Shown here: piece after piece, positions 13,075 through 22,413 of the stretch
Numbering within the stretch: the stretch's first letter is position 1
Layout of the letters: every line of letters begins with the position of its first letter
Source of the DNA: a virus
Direction: 5' to 3' (one strand)
Length of the DNA: 35,076 nt
Virus record (IMG/VR): IMGVR_UViG_3300031760_000286
Location: 1-35,076 of that record
Program-made: the position numbers and the translations under genes
Notes under the pieces: model-generated
Told to the model about the DNA's origin: nothing
The model's input: the letters and a program-made list of their open reading frames with translations, nothing else
The model's database searches: none

Positions 13075-15792
13075 TTATGATGTTAGGTTGTTGATATTGT
13101 TGATTTGTCGAAGTTTGCACCTGCATGTGGTGTTGTGCTCTCCCCAGCTGCGTATCTCGGTGACGAGATAGAGCAGGTGGTCGATGATGACGAGCGGCAC
13201 GCGCCGCACCTTGTCAAAGATGTCACGCGGCAGGTCGATATTCACCTCTATCGTCTTGTTCTGCACGTCGTATAGCTCCTCGACGTAGCCCTGCCACGCC
13301 CTCTCATAGAGATACTGCGTCGCCACGTCGGGGGTGCCGGTATAGGCCTCCCTCACGGGGGCGAAGAGCAGCGACTGCCCCGAAGCCGCCACCGTGGCAA
13401 AGACAGGGATGACGGCCAGCGGCATATCGCTGGCGCTGTCGCCATGCCAGCAGAATGTGTTGCGCAGCACTTCGTCTATGCTGTCGTCGGAGACATACAC
13501 GCTGCTGCGCCAGCCGTCGAGCAGAGGCTCTGCCGCCGTTCTGTTGGCGCGGCGGTAGTAGAAATTGCCGCTGATGTTCGCGGCCTTGTCGTCCTTGACG
13601 TTGGCGATGGCCGGCAGGCTCTCGACCTGCGTCGTGGTGTCCGACGCCATGATGGCTCTCACGGGTGCCGCTGTGAGGCTCGCCACCGCCGACGCCTTGC
13701 TGCCGTAGTTGGTGATGAGCTTCTTCTCTCCCTTGCCGACGGCGTTCTGCGTGACGATACGCTTGCTGCCGAAGGGTATGCCGTGCCGTTCTTCGTAGCC
13801 TTCAGTGAAGGTCGTGTCAAGGCCTTCGAGGTTGAAGAGGACGCTGCGGTGCTCCCACGACAGAGGCGTCATGGTGACGGCCTGCGCCACCTGCGGCGTG
13901 ATGTCGGCAGGGTTCGCGGCCATGAAGTCCGCAAAGGCATCCTTCGAGCGCTTGACGGTGACGGTCTCGGCCACATCGTCGACCTCCCACACGAGATGGT
14001 GCAGCTTGGCATACTGCAGCAGGACGGCGAAGGGTGCTATGTCGCCGAACAGAGCCTCAAGGCTCACGGCACGGCCGCTGCGCATGTTCTCCGCACGGCG
14101 CACGGTGACGTTGGATATGCCGACCGACAGCGTCGGCGCTGTGCTGACATTATACCAATAATTGGAAGACACCACATTGGAACCTGCCAGCGCAAAGGGC
14201 GTCACGTCTTCAGTCGCTTCAGGCGTATAGAACGAGGCCGTCGCTTCCAGCTGTATGTCGGTGGCCGTCGTCGGTATCAGCGTCAGCTCGTCATGGAACG
14301 CGGCCAGCGTCATGTCGCCCTGCACACCTACGGCGATGGGCGAGTAACCACACTCGCGTATCTCATAGGCGCGGCGCATGGCCTTGCCAACGGCCTGCGA
14401 GACATAGTTGCCGAAGACGGTGTTACGGTCAAGGAACCAGTCTTTGCCGCTATTCTCGGTGGTGTTGAAGATGATATAGTGTTTCTCGTTGTAGAAGCCG
14501 ACGCCTGCGCCCGTGGCCTTGACTCGTATATGCAGGGGCGAGACGTTATTCATGCCTATGTGCCAGTCGGATATGTCATGTTGCGGCAGCATGGAGATGA
14601 CGCTTTCGAGGTCGTAGCCGAAGGTCACCCTCTCCCCTGCCTCCACATGTACGGTGTCAGTGGTGGCTGTTGCCACAACGTCGCCTATGCCGGACACGAT
14701 GATAGGATGCTGCGACACTTCGGCACTCTCTATTGGCATGACGGTGGCCGTCTGCCCTCCCGACAGGGCGCTCTCGGCGATGGTCTTCTCGTCTATCTTC
14801 TGCTGCGGCAGCATGTAGACCATGCCCTTGAGCTCGTCGTTGGTAGCGTTGAACCAACGCTGGTCGAGTATCATGTCGTAGCCCGTGACGGTGCGGCACT
14901 CCCTCGCTATGAGCTGCCACAAGGCCGACACGTAGATATATGGCTGCTGGTAGTAGCTGCGGTATTCGCCCAGCTGCTGCTCGTATACCGTGCCCTCTAC
15001 CTTGTAACTGTCGGCGGCGCTGCCGTCGAGCCATGTCCGCTGCGACAGCACAGGCACGATGCCAGCCTGTGCGGCTCTCTCGCCGTCGATGACGGTCTTG
15101 TTGAGCCACTTGTCGCCGCTGAAGTCGGGGTACGCTCCCTGCAGGGTAGGCGCGAAGCCTATGAGCGAGACGATGTGCGCCGCCGTCTCGTAGGCAGCCG
15201 CAAGGCCATAGAGCGCCGCGAGGTCGTCATGCTGATATATCTCCGTGAGGTCGAAGAGTGGATTGTCTACCATCCATGACGTGCGCACGAGGGCGGCGTT
15301 GAGGGCGTTCTTCGCGTTCATGTCGAAGCCGTTGCGCCACGCATAGCGCACCACGTCGAAGAGTTTGACATAGCTGTCGTCTTCGGTCTTCTTCGCCGCG
15401 CTCCAGCCTGCGTTGAGAAGGCGCGAGAATATGGCGCTCTGCGAGCCTGTCAGCGACAGATAGTATGCGTCTTTGTCTACCTTTGTGAGAACGGCGTCGC
15501 CAGTACTGACGACCATCCCCGAAGACATGGCAAGGTACTGCATCTTCTCGGCAGGATTGAAGCCGCTGGCCGTAACCACGCTGTCAAGGCGGTAAATATT
15601 GCTGAAGAGCTTGTCATTGTCGGCACAGCGCGGCAACTTGACCGACACGCTGCGCTCGCTGACGTAGTTTGTCGGGTTGTCGAGGTTGTCGAAGGTGAAG
15701 GTGAAGCGCACGTCCTCTTTGTCGTCGAGGACGACCTCTCGCCACACCTGCTTCGTCATGCCATAGGGTATCTTCAAATACAGCCTGCTCAT
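13075..15792 (-). CDS. Large virion/tail structural protein (905 aa)
   Basis: Long ORF in the tail block, coupled upstream by an ATGA overlap. I recognise no family. Confidence 0.55.
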   Translation of the reverse strand: MSRLYLKIPYGMTKQVWREVVLDDKEDVRFTFTFDNLDNPTNYVSERSVSVKLPRCADNDKLFSNIYRLDSVVTASGFNPAEKMQYLAMSSGMVVSTGDAVLTKVDKDAYYLSLTGSQSAIFSRLLNAGWSAAKKTEDDSYVKLFDVVRYAWRNGFDMNAKNALNAALVRTSWMVDNPLFDLTEIYQHDDLAALYGLAAAYETAAHIVSLIGFAPTLQGAYPDFSGDKWLNKTVIDGERAAQAGIVPVLSQRTWLDGSAADSYKVEGTVYEQQLGEYRSYYQQPYIYVSALWQLIARECRTVTGYDMILDQRWFNATNDELKGMVYMLPQQKIDEKTIAESALSGGQTATVMPIESAEVSQHPIIVSGIGDVVATATTDTVHVEAGERVTFGYDLESVISMLPQHDISDWHIGMNNVSPLHIRVKATGAGVGFYNEKHYIIFNTTENSGKDWFLDRNTVFGNYVSQAVGKAMRRAYEIRECGYSPIAVGVQGDMTLAAFHDELTLIPTTATDIQLEATASFYTPEATEDVTPFALAGSNVVSSNYWYNVSTAPTLSVGISNVTVRRAENMRSGRAVSLEALFGDIAPFAVLLQYAKLHHLVWEVDDVAETVTVKRSKDAFADFMAANPADITPQVAQAVTMTPLSWEHRSVLFNLEGLDTTFTEGYEERHGIPFGSKRIVTQNAVGKGEKKLITNYGSKASAVASLTAAPVRAIMASDTTTQVESLPAIANVKDDKAANISGNFYYRRANRTAAEPLLDGWRSSVYVSDDSIDEVLRNTFCWHGDSASDMPLAVIPVFATVAASGQSLLFAPVREAYTGTPDVATQYLYERAWQGYVEELYDVQNKTIEVNIDLPRDIFDKVRRVPLVIIDHLLYLVTEIRSWGEHNTTCRCKLRQINNINNLTS

Positions 15793-16964
15793 AACTCTTT
15801 ATGCACTATCTCTTTGAGGGTGATATTTATAGGCTCGAAACGCCAGCGCACGTTGCCAGCCGTCGGCAGCGACCTGTTCTCCACGCTGCACCACACGCCC
15901 TTGTCGACCTCCACGTTATAGAGGTACACTTCTCGGGCGTAGGCTATGGTCGTTATAATATTATATTGTTCGCGCGTGAGAAAGCCGCTGAAGAGGCTGT
16001 ACTGCTGCTGCACGTCCATAGCCGTGACGCGGTCGCTGTTGCGGTAGTCGTGAAGCGTGGCCACCGTTGGCGATGCCTGCTCGGTGGTGTTGCCGTCGAA
16101 GCCCCAGCAGAACCAGCCGCCACTCGGGAGTCTCCACGCCACATAGTAGGGCGAGGGGCAGCGGTCGACATGCGCCACTGGTATAACACCGCCGCCGTGG
16201 TAGAGGTTGATATCGATGTCGGACACGACGGTGAGCGTGCCTTCGCTGTCGCCGCCGTCAGCCTCATCGGTGGCAGTATCGTCGCTGTCGCCACCGTCCA
16301 CGGAGGTGTCGAAGGTGCTGTTGGATACGCCACCGTCAACCTCGCCGTTGAAGAGCGACGCAAAGAGGTCGCGCAAGGTGAAGGCCATGTCATAGCAGCC
16401 TGCACCTGCCAACGACAGCGTAACTCTATGTATGAGGTCGCTCCCCAGCTGTGGCTGCTCGTTGACGAACCACTGCAAAGCGAGTTCGAGCCACATGTTG
16501 GTTGTCGCCACAGGCGGCAAGTGAGGCACGACGGCATTGCCGAGCAGCGTGAGGTTGACGGTCTCGCCACCCGTAAAGACCAGCTCGCCTTGCTGCCACC
16601 CCAGCAGCCAGCCGTCCCACACGATGGCCGTCTGCTCGGAGGTGTAGCCACCGCCGGAGATGGAGACCAGCAGCAGGGCGAGGATGCCGTCGGTAGGCTC
16701 TCTCTGCTCTTCGATGTCCGCGAGGGCGGTCGGCACATAGCCTTGCCGGTCGTCGTTCCACGTCAGCAGCTTCTTGCGCATATACGCGCGGCAGATGTCG
16801 TCAACGGCGATGTCGGCCTTGCCGTCGGCGTCGGCGATGCAGCGCCCCTCGTAGATATCGTTATAGTTTGCGCCATACGCCGCAAGCTGCACCTTGAAGG
16901 TGTGCTGCGAGAACGGCACCATGCCGCCAAAGGTTATTATGATAGGCTTGTTGATGGTCTTCAT
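15789..16964 (-). CDS. Virion/tail structural protein (391 aa)
   Basis: ORF in the tail block, preceded by a terminator and the conserved intergenic motif. Confidence 0.5.
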   Translation of the reverse strand: MKTINKPIIITFGGMVPFSQHTFKVQLAAYGANYNDIYEGRCIADADGKADIAVDDICRAYMRKKLLTWNDDRQGYVPTALADIEEQREPTDGILALLLVSISGGGYTSEQTAIVWDGWLLGWQQGELVFTGGETVNLTLLGNAVVPHLPPVATTNMWLELALQWFVNEQPQLGSDLIHRVTLSLAGAGCYDMAFTLRDLFASLFNGEVDGGVSNSTFDTSVDGGDSDDTATDEADGGDSEGTLTVVSDIDINLYHGGGVIPVAHVDRCPSPYYVAWRLPSGGWFCWGFDGNTTEQASPTVATLHDYRNSDRVTAMDVQQQYSLFSGFLTREQYNIITTIAYAREVYLYNVEVDKGVWCSVENRSLPTAGNVRWRFEPINITLKEIVHKEL

Positions 16965-16985
16965 TATGTCTCGTCTTTCTTTCTC

Positions 16986-17008
16986 TTTTAATAGGGGCGG
17001 CGGCTAAA
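16986..17008 (-). promoter_or_regulatory. Conserved bipartite intergenic element, copy a (TTTAG-N6-CCCCTATTAAAA)
   Basis: The minus strand reads TTTAGCCGCCGCCCCTATTAAAA. It lies about 5 nt after the U-tract of the 17013-17043 terminator (16 nt from the U-tract to the CCCCTATTAAA half) and 21 nt before the ATG at 16964. Confidence 0.4.
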
Positions 17009-17012
17009 GTTC

Positions 17013-17043
17013 AAAAAAGCCTCCCACCACGAAGGCAGGAGGC
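17013..17043 (-). terminator. Intrinsic terminator after the 17071..17610 gene
   Basis: The minus strand has GCCTCC, a 13-nt loop, GGAGGC, then TTTTTT. Confidence 0.55.
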
Positions 17044-17070
17044 CAAACACAAAACAATGCAGTGGAAGCG

Positions 17071-17610
17071 TCAAAGGGTGGCGCCGCCGAGGAAGGTCTG
17101 CAGGGCGGCGGCAGAGACCGTGCAGAGCAGCTCGGGCGAGACACACGAGAGCGTAGGCACGTATTCGTTGGGGTCGGTGAAGGCCGTGCCGGTGCCGGCG
17201 GTGACGGCAGAAGCACGCAGGGGGGCTTCATTGCCGACGAGCCAGTAGGTGCCGTTGTTGTCCTTCACCACGGCGATGGTCTCCGCGTGTGTCAGCGCGT
17301 GGATGCTCATGCGCTTGGATGCGCTCATGCGCGGAAAGCGGAAGGCCAGCGTGTGGGTGTAGAAGTGTACGCCCTGCACGTCGTCTATCGTGCCTTCGCT
17401 CGACAGCTGGCACGTCTGGTCGCGGAACGAGAGCACGGTGGCGTCCTCGGCGGCACTCGCGGCGAGGGTCATCGCCGTGACCTCGCCGTCAACGACGGTG
17501 ATGCTCTCAATGTCGGCGCGGTTGCGGACGGTGGCGATACGGACGCCGCCCATCGAAGCACCGCATTCGGCGTTGATGTCGGTAAGGGTTTGTGGTGCGC
17601 AATATGCCAT
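17071..17610 (-). CDS. Structural protein downstream of the capsid gene (179 aa; possible tail tube or head-proximal protein)
   Basis: Starts at the ATG at 17608-17610 (MAYCAPQTLTDINAECG..). The 17071..17943 ORF-track call is a GC-rich upstream extension that overlaps the capsid gene. Confidence 0.45.
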   Translation of the reverse strand: MAYCAPQTLTDINAECGASMGGVRIATVRNRADIESITVVDGEVTAMTLAASAAEDATVLSFRDQTCQLSSEGTIDDVQGVHFYTHTLAFRFPRMSASKRMSIHALTHAETIAVVKDNNGTYWLVGNEAPLRASAVTAGTGTAFTDPNEYVPTLSCVSPELLCTVSAAALQTFLGGATL

Positions 17611-17635
17611 ATCTTTTTCTCCTATTTTTAGCGTT

Positions 17636-17666
17636 AAAATGAGGGGCGGCAGTATATCACCGCCCC
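17636..17666 (-). terminator. Intrinsic terminator-like hairpin after the major capsid gene
   Basis: The minus strand has GGGGCGG, a 10-nt loop, CCGCCCC, then TCATTTTAA. Confidence 0.5.
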
Positions 17667-17693
17667 GTTGTCTTTTCGTCGCTCTATGGCCGA

Positions 17694-18620
17694 TTAATTG
17701 CCGCCACCGTTGGGGATGGAGACGGCGATGCGGCTCGGATAGGCGTACTGCACGCCAGCCGAGAACTGCAGGCGGAAGCGGAAGTCGTCGTTGTCCTCCG
17801 AGTACCACAGGCGGAAGGTCTCGATGTCGTCGGCGGCGTCGAAGCCGTAGACGACCTGCTCGGGCTCGAGGGCATAGATGCGGTTGAGGCCGGTCATGCC
17901 AGGGATGCCGAGGACACGGGTGTTGGTGCCAGGCAGCACGCACTCCATACTCTCGTCGACGTTGCGCTCGTAGTGGAAGAGGTTGAGCTGCATCAGCGAC
18001 GTCACGAACTCGCGATAGTTGGCGTAGCTCATGCAGATGACGGCGGTGGCCAGAGCCTCGTCGGGGATGAGCTTGTAGAGGGCGTAGACACGGTCGTAGA
18101 CGGTGTCGGCGCTGGCGGCGGTGGTGGTGCGCGTCACAAGGCCGGCGGTGATGTCGGCGTTGATGAGCGTGGCCACGCCGTTGTAGAACTGGAGGTTGCC
18201 AGTGCCATTGGTGGTGTCACCCTGCCACATGGCCTTCTCGTTCTCGGCGCCTACTTTGGCGAGTATCTCGCCGACGATTTTCTCCTCCCACGGCAGCTTC
18301 TCGCGGCCTGCGCCGATTTCGAGCTCGTGGACGGCATACTTGGTGCGGAGCACCTTCGGGCACCAGCTTTTGTTGACCTTGATGATGCCAGGGGTCAGCG
18401 TGCGCTGCGAGAGCACATCGTCGCCGGAGGGGGTGAAGCCGCAGGCCTCGCCGCTCTGGAAGTTGACGGCGATGTCAAGCAGGTTGAGGGTGGTCGGGCC
18501 CTTGACATCGGGCATGGGGGTGAAGAGGCGAGCCGACTTGGCGGCCAGCACGGCAGCGGTGATGAGGGCGCTGCGGTTCTGCTCGGTATAGTCCGGCAGA
18601 GAGGTAACTGTAAATGCCAT
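17694..18620 (-). CDS. Major capsid protein (probably HK97-fold)
   Basis: 308 aa, immediately after the scaffold-like gene, with terminator-like structure downstream. The call rests on position, size and general composition only. Confidence 0.6.
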   Translation of the reverse strand: MAFTVTSLPDYTEQNRSALITAAVLAAKSARLFTPMPDVKGPTTLNLLDIAVNFQSGEACGFTPSGDDVLSQRTLTPGIIKVNKSWCPKVLRTKYAVHELEIGAGREKLPWEEKIVGEILAKVGAENEKAMWQGDTTNGTGNLQFYNGVATLINADITAGLVTRTTTAASADTVYDRVYALYKLIPDEALATAVICMSYANYREFVTSLMQLNLFHYERNVDESMECVLPGTNTRVLGIPGMTGLNRIYALEPEQVVYGFDAADDIETFRLWYSEDNDDFRFRLQFSAGVQYAYPSRIAVSIPNGGGN

Positions 18621-18651
18621 AATACTTGGTTTTTTGAGGTTAATATTCTAT

Positions 18652-19398
18652 TTATTGCGCCTTGCGTGCGGCGGTGATGAACTTGTTGGCGAGTTCACGG
18701 CTCTCGTCGTCGGGTTCGTCGCCGGCAGGGGGCAGGGCGGCTTTCGCCTTGAGCTCGGCGTTCTCGGCCTTCAGCTGCTCGACGGTGGCCTTGAGTTCGG
18801 TGTTCTCGGCCTTCACGCTCTCCATCTCGGCGGTGGCGGCAGGGTCGGCAGGTTCGGGGGCGTCCTTCGCCTTGAAGGTCGGCACGACCTCTACGGGGTT
18901 GGAGGCTGTCACCTCCTCGTCAGCCCACACGAGCGAGAAGCTGACGAACTTCTCCTCTTGCGTGGCATCGTCCCAATACGCCCACACGGCGTGCTCGTCG
19001 CTGGCCTCCACGACATAGCCGTAGTCGGAGTAGCCGAGGGCGATGATGGCGGCGACAATCTTGCGCACGCGCTCCTCATAGGTCTGTGAGAAGTGCTCGC
19101 GCAGGGCGTTGAAGCTCTGCTTGCGCAGGTCTTCGGGTTTGGGGTCGGGGTCGGGTTCCGGCTCCTTCTCGCGTATCTCGGTGATGCGGCCAGCCTCCAC
19201 GACGATGACCTTCTCGCCAGTGTCGTACTCACCGCTGGGAGCAGGCTCATACTCGCCGTCGACGTCGATGAGGATGTCCTTGCCGACCTCCAGCTCGCCG
19301 TCAACCATCAGGTCTTTGTCGTCGACGGTGCGGACGCTCTCCAGCTTTACGAGCAAGGACTTGAGCGTCGCAAGAAAGGGTGTCTTGATTTTCTTCAT
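18652..19398 (-). CDS. Scaffolding protein
   Basis: 248 aa, acidic, with a C-terminal coiled coil (ENTELKATVEQLKAENAELKAKA). It lies directly upstream of the capsid gene. Confidence 0.55.
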   Translation of the reverse strand: MKKIKTPFLATLKSLLVKLESVRTVDDKDLMVDGELEVGKDILIDVDGEYEPAPSGEYDTGEKVIVVEAGRITEIREKEPEPDPDPKPEDLRKQSFNALREHFSQTYEERVRKIVAAIIALGYSDYGYVVEASDEHAVWAYWDDATQEEKFVSFSLVWADEEVTASNPVEVVPTFKAKDAPEPADPAATAEMESVKAENTELKATVEQLKAENAELKAKAALPPAGDEPDDESRELANKFITAARKAQ

Positions 19399-19417
19399 GA
19401 TTTGTTGGTTTTTGGTT

Positions 19418-19441
19418 ATTTAATAGGTGTTTTTCGTAAAA
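19418..19441 (-). promoter_or_regulatory. Conserved bipartite intergenic element, copy e (TTTAC-N6-CACCTATTAAAT)
   Basis: The minus strand reads TTTTACGAAAAACACCTATTAAAT, 19 nt before the scaffold ATG. Confidence 0.35.
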
Positions 19442-19451
19442 TTCATTTTTT

Positions 19452-19730
19452 TTACTCTAACTCGCTGTCCTTCACTTCGTCAGCAGCAACGGCGATGGTG
19501 GTGTTGCCGTGACTGATTTTCGCCTTCACGCCTGCCTCAAGGTAGGCCGGTATGTGTACCACGAACTCCACGAGCGCCACGCCGCCCACCAGCTCGCCAA
19601 TGTAGGTGAGCACCGAGCCGGAAATCTCGCCCTGCGGCGGCACGCAGAAGCCGGCGACGCCCAGGCCGATGGCCACGACGAAGACCACGTAAACGTACCA
19701 CGGTGTACCTTTGAAAAGTGCTTTTGCCAT
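19452..19730 (-). CDS. Small membrane protein (2 predicted TM helices; holin-like topology)
   Basis: 92 aa with hydrophobic segments WYVYVVFVVAIGLGVAGFCV and LTYIGELVGGVALVEFVV. Confidence 0.4.
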   Translation of the reverse strand: MAKALFKGTPWYVYVVFVVAIGLGVAGFCVPPQGEISGSVLTYIGELVGGVALVEFVVHIPAYLEAGVKAKISHGNTTIAVAADEVKDSELE

Positions 19731-19733
19731 ATC

Positions 19734-20150
19734 TCAACAGTTTTCGATGTTGTTTCTCACCATGACGGACAGCGTCGTGTAGTAGCCAGCGAGGTTGTCG
19801 GCGAACTTCTGCACGAAGGGCTGCAGCGGTTCTGCGCTGACCGACAGCACGGCCTCCGACCTGCGGAGCTGGGCGAGGGCGACCTTGAGGACGGCACGCG
19901 AGAAGTCTCGCGCCTGCCTCGTGTTGCTGCCGTCGTCTTCAAGGCGGTCGGCGACATATACGAGGACGTCATAGCGGTCGATGCTCTCCGAGCCGCTGTC
20001 GGGCATGCCGACCTCGTCGTAGCAGGCAGACACATACGGCACATCGGTGTTGTTCCACATGTCGTAGACGTCGCCCTCGTAGACGCTGTTGACATAGCCC
20101 GTGGCCTTCAGCGCGGCCTCTATTATCGGTGCAAGTTCAGTCCAGCTCAT
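19734..20150 (-). CDS. Head-tail joining/completion-like protein (138 aa; weak call)
   Basis: It lies between portal and scaffold and forms an ATGA overlap upstream. Confidence 0.35.
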   Translation of the reverse strand: MSWTELAPIIEAALKATGYVNSVYEGDVYDMWNNTDVPYVSACYDEVGMPDSGSESIDRYDVLVYVADRLEDDGSNTRQARDFSRAVLKVALAQLRRSEAVLSVSAEPLQPFVQKFADNLAGYYTTLSVMVRNNIENC

Positions 20151-20665
20151 AGCACGATATTGGTCTTGTATGCGTCGGCGTCGGCCTTGATGTCGGCGCA
20201 GCTCTCGCGCTTCATGTATTCGGGAAAGCGTGTGCTGTTGGCCTTGAGGTAGTCCGTGAGCCTGCCGCCGTAGAAGTCAGCGTCATAGTCGTACTTCTTG
20301 CGAAGGTATTCGCAGTCGCCGATGCTCATCTGCTGCGTCTGCTGGTCTTGGCTTGTGACGATACCGTTGTTCTTTATCTTGGCGAAGACCGCCCACTGCA
20401 CCTCGGCGGTGGTCTTGTTGCAGAGATACGGTGTGACGTATTCGTTGATGAGGTCGACATATGGCTGGTCGGCCTCGGTTCGCTCGTCGGGCGGCGTATC
20501 GGCGACCTCGCACAGCTTGCGGTAGAGCACCGAGCCGATGAGGGGCTGCAGGCCTATCTCCTGCGCCTTGACGATGCTGGGCGTGATGTAGGCGGCGTCC
20601 ACGTTGTCGTTGACGACGGTGTACTTCTTCAGCGTGGTCTCGCTGATTAACAAAACGATACTCAT
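20147..20665 (-). CDS. Head-tail connector-like protein (172 aa; weak call)
   Basis: It lies directly after the portal gene. The N-terminal ISETTLKKYTVVNDNVDAAYITPSIVKAQE pattern resembles gp6-type connectors. Confidence 0.35.
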   Translation of the reverse strand: MSIVLLISETTLKKYTVVNDNVDAAYITPSIVKAQEIGLQPLIGSVLYRKLCEVADTPPDERTEADQPYVDLINEYVTPYLCNKTTAEVQWAVFAKIKNNGIVTSQDQQTQQMSIGDCEYLRKKYDYDADFYGGRLTDYLKANSTRFPEYMKRESCADIKADADAYKTNIVL

Positions 20666-21741
20666 TCGGTGACCTCCTTTCCGAAGTTGATGTTAAACTC
20701 TGCCAGCGTGAACTCCCACTCGCTGCCGAGGGTGGCGAAGGCTGCCTCTATCTGTCTCTGCAAAGGCCGCACGACGGTCTCCTTGAAGAGCTTGAAGGTC
20801 TGCTCGTACTCCACGCTGTTGAAGCCCTGCCGCTCGGGGTCGGCACCGAAGAGCTGCGGATGGGCGCGGAAGGAGATAAAAATGTTCTCCTTGACGCTCT
20901 TGGCGAGTGCGTTGTAGCGCTGGTCGAAGTTGTCCTCTGCAAGCCTCTGCATCGTCGTGGCGTGGTCTTTGCTGTCGTTGAAGCACACAAGCAGGCGTGC
21001 GGCGTTCTGGGCACCGCTGAATTTGTCGTTGAGGCGTTTCTCAATCTTGTGCTGCGTATCTTCGTCGGGCTGTCCGTTGTTGAAGTTCACCACAGCCGAC
21101 GGCACGAAGTTGTTGAGGATGGCCGACAGGTGGAAGGTCGAGATTTCCATCGCCGTCATCACGTCCTTGACGGCAGAGCCCCACATGGGGCGACCGTAGA
21201 GGCTGCGTGACGCCGGAGCCTTGACGTACATCTCGCTCCTGTCCTCGGCCTTGTTGCGAGGGTTGAAAATTGGTATCTTCACGACCTTGCGCGTGCTCTT
21301 CGTCCAGTCTTTGCAGAAGAAGGCCGTGTCGGCCTCTTCGTCGAGGCGTATGTTGCGCGTGTCATGGTAATCGAGGAACTTTATAGCATGCTCCCCTGCA
21401 TCGCGGCGCACGCCTACGGAGAGAGCGCCGTAGATGATATAGTCCACGACGGCACGCTGCACCAGCGAAAGGTAAGTCTCGCGCTTCTCGTTGACGATGC
21501 GCTCGGCGTCGCCCGTGACGAAGCCAGCCCCTGCCACGTAGTCGGCGAGGCCGTTGATGATGCTCTGCAGGGTACTGCACTCCTCATAGCAGCGCAGCAG
21601 GAAGTCGGGGTACGCGTTGTCCTCGCCGTATGCGATGTATTTGCCTGTCCCGTAGCTCTTCTTCTCCACGGGCTTGGGTATGGCGGCAGAGCGCGGCTCC
21701 ACGACGGCGAAGTTCATCTGCTGTGTCTCGTTATTGTTCAT
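20662..21741 (-). CDS. Portal protein (PBSX/P2-Q-like family)
   Basis: 359 aa. The N-terminal YGEDNAYPDFLLRCYEECSTLQSIINGLADYVAGAGF pattern is typical of this portal family. Confidence 0.6.
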   Translation of the reverse strand: MNNNETQQMNFAVVEPRSAAIPKPVEKKSYGTGKYIAYGEDNAYPDFLLRCYEECSTLQSIINGLADYVAGAGFVTGDAERIVNEKRETYLSLVQRAVVDYIIYGALSVGVRRDAGEHAIKFLDYHDTRNIRLDEEADTAFFCKDWTKSTRKVVKIPIFNPRNKAEDRSEMYVKAPASRSLYGRPMWGSAVKDVMTAMEISTFHLSAILNNFVPSAVVNFNNGQPDEDTQHKIEKRLNDKFSGAQNAARLLVCFNDSKDHATTMQRLAEDNFDQRYNALAKSVKENIFISFRAHPQLFGADPERQGFNSVEYEQTFKLFKETVVRPLQRQIEAAFATLGSEWEFTLAEFNINFGKEVTE

Positions 21742-22066
21742 AGCGTCTTATTTCGGGATTATACTCATGGATGCTGACCTCGGGCTCCAGGACGCCGACC
21801 TGCAGGACGCCGCGAGAGAGCTCCACGCCATTCTGTGCCAGCGTATAGGTGTACTGGCCGTTGGTGAGGCCGAGGACAATGTCGACGATGTTGAGGGAGA
21901 AGGTCGTCACAGCGTTGATGTCGACCTCTGCGCTCATCACCTCGTGCGAGGTGCTGTCGGTGACGGTCAGCAGGGCTGTGCCTTCACCGTGCCCGTCCAC
22001 TTCGGCGGCACGGATGGCAGGCACGACCAGCGTGACAGGCTCTTCGGGTGTCCTTACTATCAACAT
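21731..22066 (-). CDS. Hypothetical virion-module protein (111 aa)
   Basis: ORF in operon context. Confidence 0.4.
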   Translation of the reverse strand: MLIVRTPEEPVTLVVPAIRAAEVDGHGEGTALLTVTDSTSHEVMSAEVDINAVTTFSLNIVDIVLGLTNGQYTYTLAQNGVELSRGVLQVGVLEPEVSIHEYNPEIRRYEQ

Positions 22067-22067
22067 G

Positions 22068-22400
22068 TCACTCGTGGATGGTTATCGGGGCGTAGTAGAG
22101 CGCGTAGTCGGTGTCAAGGACATACTCGGTGCCGTCCTCGACGCTCTCGACCTTGCTGATGCTGTCGACGATGAGCGGCGACCAGTCGTGACAAGGGGCA
22201 GGGGCGTCGGTCTCGGCGCTGTTATATGTGGGGTTGCACCGCATATTGACGGTGGCGATGTCCTCCATGGCGCCGCCTGCGAGCGGCACTATCATGATGC
22301 TGCACGGGCGGCCAGCGGCGGCGACATCGGTGAGGGCGGTGGCGCGGTAGCATTCGGGCACGCGGCCTGCGCGTATCAGGGCGGAAAATTCTGCTTTCAT
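22068..22400 (-). CDS. Hypothetical virion-module protein (110 aa)
   Basis: ORF in operon context. Confidence 0.4.
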   Translation of the reverse strand: MKAEFSALIRAGRVPECYRATALTDVAAAGRPCSIMIVPLAGGAMEDIATVNMRCNPTYNSAETDAPAPCHDWSPLIVDSISKVESVEDGTEYVLDTDYALYYAPITIHE

Positions 22401-22413
22401 GGTATCTTGATTT